This document shows, piece by piece, positions 26,221 to 41,000 of a stretch of 64,000 nucleotides of DNA (within the stretch, counting starts at the first letter, position 1; each line of letters begins with the position of its first letter). The translations under genes were made by a program, and so were the position numbers. The stretch covers positions 737,754 to 801,753 of the forward strand of contig MNCI01003070.1 of NCBI GenBank assembly GCA_015680685.1, read 5' to 3'. The DNA is from Gnetum montanum. Lineage: Eukaryota; Plantae; Gnetophyta. The notes below the pieces were generated by a model that saw only the letters and a list, made by a program, of their open reading frames with translations, did not search any database and was not told the origin of the DNA.

Positions 26221-28328
26221 ACCCTACAATGGTTTCCACCATCAAGGTTGTGAAATGGTCCCTGCAGTACCTAGGCTTGACACATCTCACAAAGTGACTA
26301 CCATCACTTATTGATTGGGTTGCTTATTTATTCATATTATCTAAAATAACTATATCCACAATAATGCACAACTATAAGGACACACAAACCCCCCTCAAAG
26401 AAATAAGGATTGCTCACATACATGAGCTCACTTAAACTACTTCAGTAGTTATATTTGTTAGTACCTTAATAAGTAACTCTGAAAACATAGAAACCATATG
26501 CACACTACCTACATTACTACATTATATATATTATGTTTATATGCATGTGTTAATAAAGAAGATGCCAACCCTATATTATGTCTTGAACACAGTCACAAAG
26601 TACTAGGATCAAAACTAGATGATGAGCAATGACTTGTTGTCTATTATACAACTTAGTTGTATACATTAATCATTGCATTTTTGTATTGGAATGTAGGAAT
26701 GGTTAGAGTCTTAGAGTCATATAACTTATTGTTAGCTTAGTGAGCACCTGTGATGGCATAGCTTTTATGTCTATGCATTTAGTGACAAAAAGCAAAGAAC
26801 ATGCCATGACTATTAGTGGAAAGTTATGATTGTGTTTATACATTAATATAACTAGTGCACTTCTATAGACATGAAGTAAGTTATTCATGTAATTGCTAAG
26901 AAAGAGTGGAATTAAATATCTAGCTAAAGAATAGGCAAGTATTAGGCAAGGTGAATGTTACACCCTTAAATTTAGCTTAATTTCCTTAATTAATTTTTCT
27001 TAATTTTCTTGATTATTTTTATCTTAATTACTTATTTTATCATTAATTTTTTAATTAACTTAGAATCCAAACCAACAAATACACTTGAACATTATGCTTC
27101 TCTAATCATTACATCAATTATAACAAAAAGGAAGGGATCAGGGAGGCATCATTATGGGGAAATCAAACTTGACCCTTATACAACATGGATGCAAGTATTA
27201 CAACATTATAGAAAATCTCTAAGAAAATTTAGATTCTTCAATCTTTAGCCATTATGTTGCACTAATTACATCATCCTTCTACCTCCAACACTTACATCAG
27301 CTTCATCTCTATGTAGTGACATGTAGGAAGAGTTGACACTCTCCAAGTAGTCATATCCATCTTCTTGTCCTCTTTAAGGCATAATTGGAGTGGGCCATCA
27401 TAGTTGCTTCAAACTATTAGATCATATTATAAAATTAACTAGCAAAGGATAGACTTATCACACATGAGGTATCTAGTCTAATGTTAAGTCGAGCCAATAA
27501 TGAAATTTCAAATCTTGCTCTACTACCCCAACTCTTGCTGTAATAGATAATAACAAATAGCCAAGCCTACCTACAATCTCTTCATCATCAGACATCCTAA
27601 AACATCCTCATCATTAGTTTGTCTCCAATGGTAGTAACTAGTGATTATGCTTCCAAGTAACCTTATTAAGCTTATAGTAATCCTGTGGCCTAAGCAAGAA
27701 GTTCCTAAATCCCAAATTGCATGATAGGGGCCACTACAATCACCTTTGTTGCTTTTTTCCAGCAACGTAATCTACTAATCATAGCCCAAAGCCTAATTTT
27801 ACTTTTCTTCTATACTAACTAGGTCTAAGTCTCATCTAGGAGTACATGCACATACCAGCTTCCAAAGCACCTAACTCCTCCTTACCTATGCCTCATACCA
27901 CGTTGAGGCTAACCACTGCTAATTTGTTACTTAGCCTTGTACGTTTCATCCCTTCCTTGCTATTTAGAAGGTAACATAGTGATTTAGGATCAAAAATATT
28001 GGGAGGTAACACTCTATTACCTTCTAAATCACACCATCACAACTGTTCATTCTAGTGAAGGATAAAGGTAAATTCTGGTACGCACTCATTGGAATGAGCA
28101 TATACCAAGCAAAACTTTAGGGCACTAGTGGGTCATCATGTGTAATATGCCTCTAATTGTTCATTGTGTTGGACCTAGGTGGTGAAGCACTCTCATAAGA
28201 AGAAGGAGACATAATTTATTATTCAATGTGTAATACTCTCATTTGATGATTGTAAAATAACCAACCTTAAGGGTCTGTTCTGATGATGGGAAGAATCCTA
28301 AGTTCTAATTAGTGCATAAACAACAAAG

Positions 28329-29189
28329 TCCCCAGCAACGATGCCAATGATGAGCGATGAGGTACCCTTACACTCAACCATATGAATATGAGCGTTCACA
28401 CACAATCCGATCATACTCCAAGGACTAAGTGCTTATGCGTCTTCACAAAACAAGGATGGATTAGGCGATCATGGTCTTCCCAAGCTTACTTGTATGGCAT
28501 GATTGTATGGTTAAGTAAACTTGAGGTATGTGGTTTTTATGGTTTTTTATGTTTTATGTTCCTGGTGCTTAAAATAGAGAAATGAAATAATTTAATAACT
28601 AATTTGACTTAACTAATCAACTAGGCTCTAACTAGTCCTAACACCAGCATCCGTTCCCACTCTTTGTACACATTTTGAACCAGTGTAACACTATTGGGAT
28701 TACCAAACGCTAGTCATTATTGGGTTACCAAGTGTTCCACGTATGCTCAAAGTGGTTGTACTGAGTGTGCTTACTTGTGAAAATTAACAAATCAATAAAA
28801 GCAACACCAATTAACTAATGCAAACATTAAATAATTATAAACAACATTAAATGCAATAAATAAGCTATTCTAAATGTTGCAAGGTTTATCACAAAGTTCA
28901 TCTTTATTTTCATACACAAGGTGTGCTTAGGTACATAATGCTCGAATAAAAATCTATTCACTTTATGACTCCTACTGCGAACACTCAAAAATAATTATAA
29001 CTCTAATAAGGGAAAACTACAAGAGTTTGGGTAAGGGACTAAGAAACTAACTAACCTATTGCCAAATCAAGTGCGCCTGCCTCTTATTTATAGGTAATGA
29101 GACAGGTTCCAACATTGGATGTTTGATATTGCTTGGCAGGCTCCGATATCGCAGACCTGATATCGCGACCCCAATATCGTAGCTCATCA
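28329..29189 (-). mobile_element. Athila-like 5' LTR (28348-29189) with tRNA-Asp-type PBS (28329-28346)
   Basis: TGATGAG..CTCATCA termini. The minus strand after the LTR reads TTGGCATCGTTGCTGGGGA, close to the Athila PBS TGGCGCCGTTGCCGGGGA. Confidence 0.88.
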
Positions 29190-30971
29190 AAGAGAGATGC
29201 CACTATTGTTTGCTCTACATACTGCAGACATGATATTTGTAGCCTCTATTTCTTGGAGTGCATGTCATATTTTCTACCATGCGCATCGTCGGAGAAAGGA
29301 GAGGCTGGACCCCAATGAGAGAGAGGATGGCCCCCAATGTGTGTGAGAGAGAAAGAGAGGCTAGCCCCCTTGTTCTAGCAACTACTACGAGTACTGCTGT
29401 CATCATAGGTTTCCTAGCTACTGCTTGGGAGAGGGAAGGCCTACTGTAGCTTGCCACTTGCCCCACTACTACTAACACACTGCTACCTTGGGGGCTCGCC
29501 TGCTTATCATGCATTGCATAGGGAGGTCACTTGCTATTGCTAGCTATAGCTACGATGCATTGCCATTGCTATTGCAATTACCACCATCATGCATCCTGTT
29601 GAAGAGGGAAGAGGCTGGACAATGACGATACACCAAAGAAAGAGAAACCACCATCAGCTAGTTTCCTCTAGAGAGTGGAGTCCTTAATAGATGATTTGCC
29701 TACTACTTGTTGCTTAGTCCTCCCACTGGTGCTAAGAGTCCCCTGCTTCTCCCAACAATCATCTGTAGCATGCCCTGCTACTACAAGAGAGAGAGAAAGG
29801 AGGCCATCCCCTTATTTTCCCCACAACGTCTACTCCTCTACTTTTATAGTCACTCATTAGGGTGTTTAAATGTCCATGTCCCATGTTAGTTACACCCACC
29901 ACCTAGGCCATTTTGCAACTTCCATAACGCTTGGGACCACCATGTTTTATATTACACCATCACTACACACAACTCCTAACACCCCCTAGACATAACTTCC
30001 ACCATCATCAGTTACCACCAACGTAACTCCTATAACGCATGTAACTCTTGGCACCACCATCGTTGGTTATGCCACCTCTACGATTGTTATGTAACCCACG
30101 TCTTGCACCACCTAGGCTATTACGTCCATGCCATCATGGCATGACAACGTAATTGCTGCCACAAGCTCATCATTATGAATCGAGCCCCAAGACATGCTTG
30201 TACAAATTAACTTTCTTTATGCTTGGTGCTAGAGGATTAAACTTGTTAATCATGGCCCCATGCTTGGCATAGGAGATGTTGGCATCAACACTTAGCCCCC
30301 AAACTAGAAATTGCATGCAAGTCCAAGGAACAACACAATCATAGAAATCTTAAAAGGAGATCCAAAAGACAAAGGAAAAAGTTAGGACTTAGGTAAGGAT
30401 TGCCAAAACACAAATCTAAAAATGGAATTGGGACAATGAGGGTTTAGAAATTTAAAATAGGATTAAAGATGGATGATGAGACTTGGGTAACAAAAATTTT
30501 AGGAAATAGGATTTTGGGATCAAAAAATAAAAAGGCATGAAAATTCTTAGAAAATAAAACAAAAGGTTTTCCTAAAATAAGGATTGAAAATAAAGATTTT
30601 AGCCAAGAAAAAAAATTTTGAAATAGGATCAAGAAACAAGTTAGGCCCTCCTTCTAGCACCAAAAATGTGTTGATGCTTAAATTTTGGAAGTAACAACAC
30701 TGGGAAAAAAAACTCATTTGAGAAGATTATTGTCTAGGATGCCTCCCGTATGGGTACAAAATCCTGAGAATAGTCTCAGCTAGAAAGGGCTATATGACGT
30801 TCAAAAATTAAAGTAAACCAAAAAAAATTGGAGGAATTTAAATTGGATAACTATCTTGAACTTCAAGAATTCATAAAAATATAGTAGGTAACTAGAAAAT
30901 TTAAACTTTTCCATGGTCCCTATTGTTGTTGCCAATGGTGCCCACAACTAGGTAGGAATACCTTGATTGCC

Positions 30972-31017
<46 letters not shown>

Positions 31018-32884
31018 GAGAGAGAGATATCTATTTTGGGACTATTGGCGAGATAGTTAACACATCTATCATTATTACGCTATTTGCCATCATCTGCGCA
31101 TGTCACCTCCACTCGAAGGGAGAGAGGTCATTTTCACTCCAAGAATGTTGTCACCCCTTGGCCTCTATTGGTGGGAGAGAGACTGCCTACTATAGTTGTT
31201 GATGTCAACCATGCAAGAGCCTACCACGTGTGCCACCATTTGTCATGCGTTGTCTATGTTTCTTGCTGACTACCGTGAGTCATGCATTTATTGACCACTA
31301 TTGGGAGCGAGGAAATATAGAACGTCACACATCGCACTGCTTCTAGTGCCTGCAACATTACAACCATTAGAAGCTCCTAACATTCGTCATGTAGTTGGCT
31401 GATGTGCACGCCACTGTTGCCAAAGAGAGAAAGAAGAGAGAACCTAGCTATAGTTGCTGACTACTTCCACGCACCTACATTGTTTGCTGATGCACCTGTA
31501 GGAGTGAGGGGAGGTTGAGAGATCCACTCTAATGTTGACTACACCACCTACTATCTTTATGCACTATTGTTGCCATTGGAGTTTGTGGTTCTGTCCATTG
31601 CCATCTACTAGGGAAGGGAGGAGAGAGAGAGACAGATGCTACTGTTATTCGCTCTGCGTACTACAAACACATAATTCATAGCCTCTGTTTCCTTGTGCAC
31701 ACACGATTTTTTTTACCATGCCCATCGCTAGAGAGAGGAGAGGCTAGACCCCAATGAGAGAGAGGCTAACCCCGATGAGAGAGAGACTAGCCCTGAATAT
31801 GAGAAAGAGGTTGGACCTGATGAGAGAGAGGCTAGCCCTAATGAAAGAGAGGTTGGTCCCCAATGTGAGAGAAAGGTTAGACCCCTTATTCCCATAGCTA
31901 CTACAGGTATTGCCACCATCACAAGTTTTCTGGCTACTGCTTGAGAAAGGGGAGGCCTACTGTAGCCTACCACTCATCCCACTTTTATTGACATGCTACT
32001 ATTTGCACATCTACGTCTACCATTTCTACCTTAGGAGCTTTCTTGCCTATCACACATCGCACAAGGAGGTCACTTGTTGTCGTCAGTTGCAATTGCCATG
32101 CACTACCATTACTATCACGATTGCCACTATCACACACCTTACCAAAGAGGGAAGAGGTTGGATGATGTTGATATGTCAAAGAAAGAGAAACCACCATCTA
32201 TTGATTTCCTCTAGAGAGGAGAGTCCTCAATAGATGATCCACCTATTGCCTATTGCTTAGCCCCTCCACTAGTGCTAAGAGTCCCTTACTTTCCCCTGCA
32301 ACTGTCAGCAGCACACCTTGTTGTTGCAAGAGAGAGAGGAAAGGCTGCAAATGCTGCCCGTTGTCTAGCACCACATCGCCACGCCAGAGAGAAAGGAGGC
32401 TATTCCTTTCCTATCCCCACAACATCTGCTCTTCCACTTTTATAGCCACTCATTTGGGTGTTTAAATGTCCAAATCCCATGTCGGTTACACCCACCACCT
32501 GGGCCATTACACAACTTTCATAATGCCTAGGACCACCATGTTGTTAGTTACACCACCACCACACGTAACTCTTGGCACCACCTAAACATAACTTTTACCA
32601 TGTTCTTCACCACTGTCAATTACCACCAGTGCATGTAACTCCCAACACCACCACCATCAGTTATGCCACCTCTACAACCATTACATAACCCACATTCTAC
32701 ACCACCTAGGCTGTTACGTCCATGCCATTAGGGCATGGCAACGTAACCACCACTACAAGCTTGTCATTATGAATTGGGCCCCAAGACGTACTTGTACAAA
32801 TTAACTTTCTTTGTGCTTGATGCCAAAGGATTAGACTTATTGATCATGGCCCCATGCCTAGCATGGATGATGTTGGCATCAACA
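29190..32884 (-). mobile_element. Non-autonomous Tat-type LTR element: 5' LTR 30669-32884, PBS, 378-bp internal region, PPT, truncated 3' LTR 29190-30290
   Basis: LTR termini TGTTGATGC...GCATCAACA. PBS TGGTGCTAGAAGGAGGG (30646-30662, minus). PPT TGGGGGCTAAG next to 30290. 29190-30290 is a diverged direct copy of about 31630-32884. Confidence 0.85.
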
Positions 32885-35800
32885 GTTACATATGATAAGT
32901 TTTATTTATTATTCACTCATTATATTTTGGAGTTTTCTTTCTTTGAAATGAAGAGACATTCTTTGTTGAATTCAAAAGAACTATTATTTTTTAACTCATG
33001 TATGTTATTTTGAACACAAGTAATATAATTTTGTTAAAGAAAGGGATTTTAGAAAAAGTTTTGAAAGATAATAACTACGTAAGACCATGGTATCTTAATA
33101 GGAATTTTAATAAAGAATTTGATAACATAGTTTTTAAATTTATAGTGAAGGAAAACTATTAACTACAAAATTAATATTGATGGAGAATGATGTTGCTATT
33201 TTCAATTAAAATAAAGCATTAAATAATCATGACACCTCTAAACTACTATGAGATATTTGATTGTTTTGGGGTTGGGATTTTTGTGTATGCTTATCGTGAA
33301 GTTCTAATCCTATGCTTAGGTTTTAGGGTGTACAATTTGTTTATTTGCCTCAATATACATATTCAAACCATACTTTTGTATCACTCCTATAATGTTTTAA
33401 TATTTTGAGAAAATACTAATTTTTTTCTTCTCAAAGAAGAAAACATTGATACAAAGGTGTTTTCATATATATGGGAATTTAATTTTTGTGCTTGTAGGAA
33501 CCAATAACTTTGCAATTTTAAAATTTCATATTTCTAGATAAAACCTAGAATAGATCTTATTTACACTTCCTTTCTTGTATAATCCATTTACTTTTGGTTG
33601 ACTATCTTGGTACCATTTAAGTTGTCATTTGTCTATTTTGTTAGACTAAAAGGAAAATTTCCTTAAAGTGGGAGGTTTTGTTGCAAATTTTGTGAACATA
33701 ATAAAAACAAGAGAATTCATTATAAAAGCAATTATATGTAAAAATGGTTGAAATTCATACAATTATATGGTAAACTCATATTGCAAGATAAGATTTTCTA
33801 TTTAAACATTGTGGTGTTAGCCTAGTAGTACGTCCCCCAACAAGATTTTGTATTTACCAATAGGATTGAAGATAAAATAACAAATATTAGTATCACATAA
33901 ATAGAGAACTTCTTGACTTAATGACGTAATTATGCTAAAATAATAAACTTTTTATTATTAAAGTTATAAGAATAATGGACAAAATGGGTGAATCATAGTG
34001 TATAATAAAGATGCAACAAAAAATTATCAGTTTATAGAGCAATCATATATGGAATGTCACCAAATTAAAAACAATTCATTAGTCTAAATATAAATAACTT
34101 AGAAAAATATCAACACACTTATAATCCAAGTTGATATCATTCCTATATACTATCACTTTGGTTGCAAGATTGTAAAACAAACCGAAATTATTGCAACAAA
34201 ATATATAACAAATAGCACTCTTGTGAACATTTAAATTATATGAAATGAGGATTACTGAAAGAAACATCTCTAAATATAACCCACAAACTAAAAAATATCT
34301 CCCTCTTTTTGCTAAAGTTTGACCTTTGTCACATTTGGAAAGATTTATTTGCTCATTATAATTATTTTTCTCAAATTTGAGATTAAACCTCCTAACTTAT
34401 GCTTATAGTATGCCTTCCATTTCCTCAAAAGACAAGCCCTTTGTTTGAGTGATGATAATCAACACAAAGAAATATTTAAGATTAATATTATACTAACTAT
34501 CATAGATGTAGGATAAACAATCAAATTTGGAACCTAATTATATATGGACAGCCTCTAAATTTGAGAGGATGTATCTCAAAATTGATGACCCAAACCAAGG
34601 TTCCCATTTCTAGTGCAAAGAAAATAATGTACAAAGCTAACTCTATAAAAAGAAGTCTACATTTACTAGGACAACCATTTGTAGATGATGATATAGATTG
34701 GCTATATAGATACTTTTAATGGTTTTATTTTTGAACAAGCAGGTTCCAACATTAACTAAAATAGAGCCAATAAAAAACCAAGCTTTGTTTTCAATAACTT
34801 AATTAGAAGTTACCTAGAATAATCAAACAATGTAACATCAATGGTAGAAATTTACCTTTGAAACACAAAAACAAAACAAAACATTGTTAAAAGTCTTAAG
34901 ATAACATAACTCATAAACAAGATTGGCTTTGAAGCATATGGTATTACCCTATGATGATGATGATTACTATGAGGTGGCCTTGAAGCTGTTGGTCTCACTA
35001 CAAGTAGAAAAGATGATTACAATAACATAGATGTAGATGACTATGAGAGGATTCTTGATGCAAAATTTACCTCAAAGAGGCCATGTCTAAGGTCATGACA
35101 TAATTGTTAATTATCCATTGTTGTAGTTTACGTTCCTCCCTTCTTTTGAATAAGAGCATACAAACTTCCTAAATATGCTTTTATTGCTATTGCCAACATA
35201 TGTGAATGCTCATGCCCATGGTCTAGAACATGTATGCAATATGGAAAAAAATTAAAACTCAAAAATTGAAAATTAAAATAGTTAACTTTTGAAATCAAAA
35301 ACTTAAACTTGCAACCTCTTTTATTGTTCAAAGGTCATACTACTATTCTATCTACCTTGGTTGTGGTTAAATTTATTTTTTACATTATTTATATATGTGT
35401 TCTTAGGTTCCACCTTTGGCTACTAGCGAGCCCATCAATTATGCATGCATCGACAATGTTGCATTAAATATATACAAAAGAAATTTGTATGCTCTTCCCT
35501 CCTCTGGTAACTCGGCCTTGCCCTTTTCTGAGTTCATTGTGGAAGTTATCCTTGTTGGTGCTTAAAATTTGAAAGAAGCTTTAGAGTATGCATCTAAAGT
35601 GTATTGTGGATTAGTGTAAGCACATGAGTTGCCTAGTCAAACTTGCATACCCATGTGCTTAAGTTAGTGGGTGGCCTTACCTCGGTTACCTAACCTACAC
35701 ATGTGTTATCCTTATCCCATATTGAAATAAACATGTCTGCAAACCAAACCAAAAACTACTAAAAGAACTTACCAAAAATTCCCAATGATATACGTAGATC

Positions 35801-36065
35801 TGGTCCCATTTGTAATTATCACTTTTTTACAACTTTCTAGGCAAGAGCACTCATGGCTTTCTAAACTTGTATCAAAATGTTACTTGAGGTAATAACTTAA
35901 ATTTCATTGCAAGGTGATGAATTGATACATAGATGATGAAAGTTATTGGAGTGGAAAATTTCATAAAATAATCTATCTTATTTTTGCAACATTAATTTAC
36001 CTCAATGACATCAATTTCATCTCTTACAAACATGATTTGTCCACATATTTATAGTCAAAAGAATG

Positions 36066-36130
36066 AGGTATTAGCCTAGTGGTAAGAAACTTGAGTTGGA
36101 AGCTTCATGTCATGGGTTCAATTTTAGTGG
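36066..36130 (+). mobile_element. Degenerate tRNA-derived SINE-head-like sequence
   Basis: A-box TAGCCTAGTGGTAAG and B-box-like GGGTTCAATT with tRNA-like spacing. Confidence 0.4.
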
Positions 36131-37699
36131 ATAATGTTGAGTTATATAAAGTTCTAATTGGATTATATATCTTGGGTTATATCTATGTTTCACTTATTTT
36201 TGGTTCTAATACCCCTACATATTTATAGTCAAATGATGGTGCCATAATTGAATATGATGGGCCAAACCTATTTTTTGGAAAATTGGGCTGGAAATTCAAG
36301 AGACATGAGAGATTAGAGTCATTCTCTAATTATATTTTCTCATCAATCTTTTAACAAAAGTAAAAATACCCTTGCACTTTGCAGCATTAAACAACTACCA
36401 TACACCTCCACCAAGTCAAGGTCCAACAACAAGTGGTGTCAATCATCTGACATGATCATAGTATTATCAAGGCATGCAACTAGGGCTTCCTAAGCTCCAC
36501 CAATTAATCTTGCTACAGATGTTAACTCCAACCTAAATCTATCTTCCACACCAATAGTTGTCAAGCCTTTCTATTATGAAAACTAACTTATCCAACACTA
36601 TCACTTCCTCTTGCTTCCCCACCCTCAATTCCATGTTCCACCCACAACAACACTCACACCTACTTGAAGCACTATCTTTTTACNTAATTCCATGTCCCAC
36701 CCACAACAACACTCACACCTACTTGAAGCACTATCTTTTTACCTATAGCTAGTCCACTTTTGATGGCTACAACATGCATCCTTAATTCTCCATTAACATT
36801 CCTAATGACATGAAACCACCATACTCATCTACACACCACTTCCACATTCCTCATCATAACCCTCTTATCATTCCTTCATACTTACCACATTTGTAAGAAA
36901 TCCTCCCTTCCTTACTTACCTCTTGACAACTTAACCCTAACAATGCCCTATTGTTGTAATGTCCCTTTCATGCTCATGAATCCATGGATGACCAAGTCCC
37001 TAAATGTCATTGATGAAGTAACTAACATAAAAAATTATAGCTCTTTAAAGGCACCACTAACCCCTTTGGCTCATGTCATCTACCTTATCTCATAGACACT
37101 CTTCTTAGGCTTATCTTTTCAAGCATCACATTTTACCCTAATGATGTCCCTAGGTATGACTACTACTATGAACTTCAACCCACTGAGCTTTGGGATAGGA
37201 ACACTGATGAAGCATCACTTTTTCAAGAATATCAATTAGTTATGATATTACAAATGCTACATCTTAGTTGGTTACTACATCATAGAAGCTACATTACATC
37301 TATGTCAACGTATCTCAGTTAGCTGCTACATCATAGATGCTATGTCACATCTATTATATCATGGATGCTACATTGCATCTACTATAACTTAGCTACATGC
37401 ATCCCCATTGATGTATCTCCATCAACACAGCTTAAGACAAGTCAATGCATATGTGTTGATGTAGTCTCCATATTTGCCTATAAATATACAAGCATCTACT
37501 ATGTATTTGACACCATTTGGTCCATAGTGTAGTCAAACTCTTGTCATTTTCTTTTGTAATCTTAGCAAATAGTCAATGAGTTCCTACAACGTGGATTTGA
37601 GTCAATTGTATGGTATCTTATTCAAGTGGCATTATAGCTAGACACATTCCATGAATGATAATAAGATTGAGATTGATTCATTTTCATTACAATACGTTG

Positions 37700-38075
37700 A
37701 CTTAGAATAGATTTTCTTTCAATGTAATTTACTTCCTATGTAATTAGTTAATATTACATTTTCATGCATATTAATCAATTGGTGGATTGAGTTTGAATAG
37801 TTTCAAGCGTAAACATGCATTCACTTGGTAATCACAGCAACATTATTACTTGGTTTGCTTAGTAACATAATACTTGGTAATCCTAGTAGTTGTAGGTGAG
37901 TTTAGGATGTGTATGACAAGCTTGAAAAAAGCATTCATTATCCTTAGGATACTCTAGAATTTGTCTTATTATTATTAGTTAGATTAATTAAATAATTAAT
38001 TTTCATGTTTTTATATAGCTTAGCCATAGCCACACAACATTAATAATCAGATGCCTCACTTTGAACTAAACCATA
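37700..38075 (+). mobile_element. Athila-like LTR fragment (subtype B) interrupted by the insertion at 38076
   Basis: Ends ATGCCTCACTTTGAACTAAACCATA, identical to about 15659-15683. Left boundary approximate. Confidence 0.65.
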
Positions 38076-41000
38076 TGATGAGTGACGAGGTACCCCTATA
38101 CTCAACCATATGAATACGAGTGTTCATGCACGATCTGATCGAACCTCGCAGATGGACTAGTTGTGGTATCTAGATAGTTACTCATTGATCATAGTTCACT
38201 GTCTTCCCACTTGGACTAGTATTTGCTTTGTCACGTATGGTTTAGTCTAGAGTGAGATGTATGATGTGGTCCTAAACTAGTGCTACTCCTAGAGGAAATG
38301 GAAAGTAACTTTGATTAAGCTAAGAGGGAGTGAGAGAGAGAATCTAACTAAGAAAAAATGGGAGGAGAGAACCTAAGCTAGCTTAAGTTCAATGAGTATC
38401 TATTCCTTAATCATCCATACACATCTTGGACCTCATGTACCACTACCACTGGGATTACCAAGCGCATGTCCTAGGTACACTACTGGGTTGCCAAATAGTC
38501 ACACTTAAATGCTCGTGATTAAGTCATACTCATTCCATAATTAATAATAGGAATACGAAATGAGGGTGAGAGAAATTAATTACAAAAGAAATAAATAATA
38601 ATTAAACAACTAAAACTAAGCAAATGTTACAATGATGAAGTAATCTCAATCTTTATTTCTAGTCATGTGTGCGTCTAAGTATGTCACACTTAAATAAAGG
38701 TGTCGTACAATTACAATCATCAAACTGCGAGCATGCACTAGGAGAAAGGGTTGAGTAGAACTAACAAATGACTAAAAAACTAACTATCTAAGAACTAATT
38801 CCTAACTTACTTTCTCATGTGTCCACATGTGTATTTATAGGCCCACACAGGAGTCACGATATCATGTATTTGATATCATTTCTTAGGTCGTGATATTGCG
38901 TACATGATATCTTGGGTCTGATATCGTAGGTCCAATATCGAAGTCTATCAAATCATGGTTCATCATACCCCCACAATTGAATGAAAACTTGTCCTTGAGT
39001 TAAAAAAATGAGAATAAGCCCAATTAATTACACAATGGATAGGTATGGGATTACTGATTGACTTAGAATTTATTCATGTCACAGTGGAGAATTGAATAGA
39101 ACAAAATTGGGATACGAACACAAAATTACAAAATTTTGTTGGAACTCATGTGGTTCCAGGTGGTGGTGGCTCCTTCATGGGTCACTTCTCCTTGTCTTAT
39201 GCTCCAGGTTTTGGGATTTGCTGGCTCTAAAGGAGTGCTTGGAGTTTTTCCTCTTTAGTTTGGGGATCTTGTGCCTATCCATGTTGATGCTCCGATGTTT
39301 GATGGAGTCGACACTTCCCATGGGCATGGCAGTTGTGGAAACATATGATTTTCTTTCATGTACCAGGCTACAAACAATCATTGTTCCTCCTCCTATGCTC
39401 TGGCTTTATCTTTGTAGTCCTAGTAATATGTAAACCATAGAGCCAAATCTACTATGACATCTTTTTGCCCTTAGTAGCTAGCCTTGGCCACCTCTAATTT
39501 AGAATTTGTGACTCATAGCCTTTGCAATATTTTCTTGTGTTCTGCAAATTCTATTTCATATTTGGCATAGGTGGTAGCTACCTGCTTCTCCAACTCTATT
39601 CTTAGGCATCCTGCTATTAACATGGCTAAATTGGCATATCGTAGGTTTGTCAATTCCATGTACTTTGTAATATCTTGGATCTGCAGGTCCCAGATTTTGA
39701 GCTTTGCCTAGTGGGTGAATGCATATGTATCCAATATGGCCCCCCAATCAGCATGTTGGGCACTGAAGGTGTTAATGTAGGCCTTGGCCATATCGATCTC
39801 TTTTTCGATGACTTGCTTATACATCCCCACTTGGTCTCTAAAGTGTTCTTTTAACTTTTCATGTCACTTGGCCTCATTTTGCCATGCGCTTATTTCAATG
39901 GTCATCTTCTAACAGATTGTATGTACCTCCTTCATTGAGAGGTTTAGATTCTCTTTGGCCAAGTGATTCATGTCTTGCTTGACCCTGACCAATTGTTCTC
40001 ATAACTGTTGGAAATTTTTTTTGAGAAAATTCTTTTGTTTCTCCATAGTGGTCAATTGAAGATTGTCTACAGTAAGATGTTTATTTTCTTCTTGTAAGGC
40101 CTTGAGTGCTTTATCATGTGCATATGTTTACACTTGTGCCTTGGAAGCATCCCAATTGGCCTTCTCCTTCTCCTCCATGACTCTTTTATTATCCACCAAT
40201 AGTTTATTGAGTTGCTCTATCCTAAAAGTGTCTAGCTAGTCTATCGGAATGAATTGAGATGGGTCCTGCTATGCAGCTTGTAGGATGATGAGCCTCTCTT
40301 GGAGTCTTGCCAACTCCACCTTTGCATGCTTAGCCCTGATCTCTACCATGATCAGCTTTCCTTTGGTGGAGATGAGGTCTGATTGTGTTGCTATGACATC
40401 TTGTGGGATGTCGAACAAGGACGTCATTATTTGTCCTATCTGCAGCAACTGATCAAGAACATCCTCATGCTCCATAGAAGTCATTGAGGGATCGACCAGA
40501 GTTTGAGCATTGTGTGCTCTTGTGAAATCCACTAATGACACAACAGGGATGTTGAAGGATTCCTTGATGTGGTCAGTAACCACTTCTGTGGCTTCTACTG
40601 CATCTTGGTGTTGCATGACCACTATTGTGGCCCCTTCACTAGTTTCTAATTACAGTTAGAAATATGCAGCATTCCCTAAAATCTGTTGTGACCAATGAGT
40701 CTCCCCTCCTCCTGTCTAAATGGACACTTTGCCCTATGCACAATCTATAGAAACTGTGGGCCATACAACGTCATCGATGACATGGAAGAGATTGGCATCA
40801 TCACAACTTCCCCAATTGACCATCTCAGCAATGGCCTTGAGATGGCTCATCGATGGTCAATAATCCTATAGTAGTGATGGCAGTTGGTCTTCTTGGCTTG
40901 TGCTAGGCCTTGCTTCTTGCTATTGACTGGCCCTCGTGCTTGGGAGTTGGCTAGGCCCTATAATTTGAGCTGTCATGGGCCCCACCATCTATTCTTATTC

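Noticed and set aside
36625-36745. ~55-bp direct repeat
   Set aside because: Copies are separated by a single N (36684), typical of a contig-overlap artefact.
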